Shown here in pieces: positions 40,380-41,418 of a stretch of DNA of 41,418 bases. The number at the start of each line of letters is the position of its first letter. Position 1 is the first letter of the stretch. Location of the stretch: positions 21,379 through 62,796 of the forward strand of contig JBBTUK010000009.1 of NCBI GenBank assembly GCA_038063775.1. The letters run 5' to 3'. Both the position numbers and the translations under genes were made by a program. Origin of the DNA: Patescibacteria group bacterium. GTDB taxonomy: Bacteria; Patescibacteriota; Minisyncoccia; Moranbacterales; UBA2206. The notes under the pieces are model-generated. The model was not told the origin of the DNA. It worked only from the letters and a program-made list of their open reading frames with translations, and made no database searches.

Positions 40380-40488
40380 AAAAAGACAAAATAAAAAAAC
40401 ATCGTTCGATTTTTTTTGAGCGGGTAACGGGAATCCCTGCCCGCAACGCTTTGCGTAATGATACAGGCGGGGAATCCGTATCTCAACC
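40380..40488 (-). promoter_or_regulatory. structured 5' leader candidate upstream of the traX-like gene
   Basis: On the minus strand: the hairpin gatacgg-attccccgc-ctgtatc, then ACGCAAAGC, the hairpin gcggg-cagggattcccgtta-cccgc, then an A8/T7 weak hairpin with a T-run before the ATG. Confidence 0.3.
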
Positions 40489-40525
40489 TTGCCCCAGACA
40501 CTAAAATTTGAATTATATAAAAACG

Positions 40526-40596
40526 AGCGAGAAACGGGAATCGAACCCGCATTTCTTGCTTGGGAAGCAAGTGTACTGCCACTGTACTATTCTCGC
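40526..40596 (-). tRNA. tRNA-Gly (anticodon CCC)
   Basis: The reverse complement reads GCGAGAA-TA-GTACAGTGGCAGTAC-A-CTTGC-TTCCCAA-GCAAG-AAAT-GCGGGTTCGATTCCCGT-TTCTCGC-T, a full cloverleaf with discriminator U and no encoded CCA. Confidence 0.9.
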
Positions 40597-40637
40597 ATAA
40601 ATCGATGCAAATTTAGTGCGGAGCTTTGGAAGGTCGC

Positions 40638-40673
40638 GCCTGCCTCGTACCGAGCCCTGCTTTGGTTCGGGGG
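40638..40673 (+). repeat. conserved hairpin motif, copy 2
   Basis: gcctgcctcgtaCCGAgccctgctttgGTTCGgggg. It matches 22518-22553 except for the covarying stem segments. Confidence 0.6.
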
Positions 40674-40741
40674 TTCTGCAACCATACCCGCTTGCGGTAT
40701 AATTAAAGCATAACAATTTAGGATGAAAAATCAAGAAACTA

Positions 40742-40770
40742 TTGACTTTGGCTTTATATAAAGATATTAT
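40742..40770 (+). promoter_or_regulatory. candidate promoter TTGACT-N17-TATTAT for tRNA-Pro
   Basis: The hexamers and spacing fit. The tRNA 5' end lies 19 nt downstream of the -10 box. Confidence 0.6.
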
Positions 40771-41418
40771 TCATTAGCATTCAAAAAACGGGGCGTTGTG
40801 TAATGGTAGCGCGCTTGGTTTGGGACCAAGTAGTCCGAGTTCGAGTCTCGGCGCCCCGACCAACTTAAACTTTTTTCAAATTCAGAGGCGATTGATTGCT
40901 CGCTCGCCCCGCCTTCGGCGGGACTACGCTCGCATTTTTCCGCATATTTCGGAATTAAATCGTAAGGTCGGACAAATTCAAATTCAGCTTTTCGGGAAAG
41001 CAAGCGGCGGTTCGTTCCAATTTTTTCCGTCAATGATTTTATTTCATAAAAATCATTGGACAAAGCAAGTTTTTCGGCGTGGTGAGCGGTATTTATCCAA
41101 TTTCGCAAAGGTTCAATCCAATTGTTTCCCTTTCGCCCAAAATCAGACTTTCTTTTGTTAAGGTCTGTTTTTGTTTTAATGAGTTCGTCCTTTTTCACAA
41201 GGTAAGTTTCCTTTTCAATTGAGCCGTCCAAAAAAGCGTTGACCAATTTATCAAGTTTCGTTTCCGCCTCTTTTATCTTTTCATTAAGATTTTGGGCGAA
41301 AGATTGCGACGACAAAACAGTTTCTTTTTCCCAAACATCAACTTGAGCTTTCATCTTTTCCGTCCAGTCGTCGCCAAGAGCGACATTTTGAAGCCGTGAT
41401 TTTAATTGATCGGCGAGC
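40767..41418 (-). CDS. large serine recombinase family protein, C-terminal part (5' end outside the window; 3' ~95 nt read antisense through tRNA-Pro and are doubtful)
   Basis: The ORF is open to the window edge. KLDKLVNAFLDGSIEKETYLVKKDELIKTKTDL...GNNWIEPLRNWINTAHHAEKLA...KIGTNRRLLSRKAEFEF matches the coiled-coil/C-terminal region of recombinase-family (resolvase/invertase-type) integrases. Confidence 0.6.
   Translation of the reverse strand, partial: LADQLKSRLQNVALGDDWTEKMKAQVDVWEKETVLSSQSFAQNLNEKIKEAETKLDKLVNAFLDGSIEKETYLVKKDELIKTKTDLNKRKSDFGRKGNNWIEPLRNWINTAHHAEKLALSNDFYEIKSLTEKIGTNRRLLSRKAEFEFVRPYDLIPKYAEKCERSPAEGGASEQSIASEFEKSLSWSGRRDSNSDYLVPNQARYHYTTPRFLNANE
40789..40862 (+). tRNA. 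tRNA-Pro (anticodon UGG), CCA encoded
   Basis: CGGGGCG-TT-GTGTAATGGTAGCGC-G-CTTGG-TTTGGGA-CCAAG-TAGT-CCGAGTTCGAGTCTCGG-CGCCCCG-A-CCA. Confidence 0.9.

Noticed and set aside
40364-40734. ORFs 40364-40582, 40489-40713 and 40513-40734
   Set aside because: They overlap tRNA-Gly and repeat or hairpin sequence. Their translations are typical tRNA and hairpin artefacts.

Overview
A 41.4-kb AT-rich bacterial chromosome segment dominated by housekeeping genes: uvrB (partial), a manC-like gene, secG, a family-5 solute-binding protein, PGI/PMI, RNase J, trpS, PMM/PGM, ychF, rpsF-ssb-rpsR, efp, recA, a RodZ-like gene, ftsK, a CheY-like receiver, rpoC, rpoB, an amidase, a TraX-like gene, tRNA-Gly(CCC), tRNA-Pro(UGG) and a partial serine recombinase. 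Short intergenic regions, mostly Shine-Dalgarno-free starts and apparent leaderless promoters suggest a small-genome uncultured lineage (Patescibacteria/CPR-like; this is inference only). No rRNA or CRISPR array is present, and TGA, TAG and TAA all act as stops. Three things stand out. (1) At least 9 palindromic, MITE-like elements are each bracketed by an identical 4-mer on both sides. One subfamily sits exactly on start codons (TATG/AATG duplicated). Another sits on the TTGA of -35 boxes. One larger member (15132-15417) has perfect 19-bp inverted repeats and carries an 84-aa GIY-YIG nuclease ORF, making it a candidate autonomous partner. (2) A ~9.5-kb minus-strand accessory surface locus (8.3-17.8 kb) encodes three paralogous WxL-like secreted modules, a DUF916/DUF3324-like protein fused to LysM and LytR_C domains, a second LytR_C paralog and small membrane proteins. 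It is driven by a consensus promoter followed by an attenuator-like leader. (3) The last ~15 codons of RNase J occur three times, conserved at the protein level but different at most wobble positions, and they bracket a palindrome and an inserted gene. Other observations are a heptamer-repeat leader module shared by recA and rpsF, several unclassified structured-RNA candidates, and a recombinase next to tRNA-Pro at the window edge.
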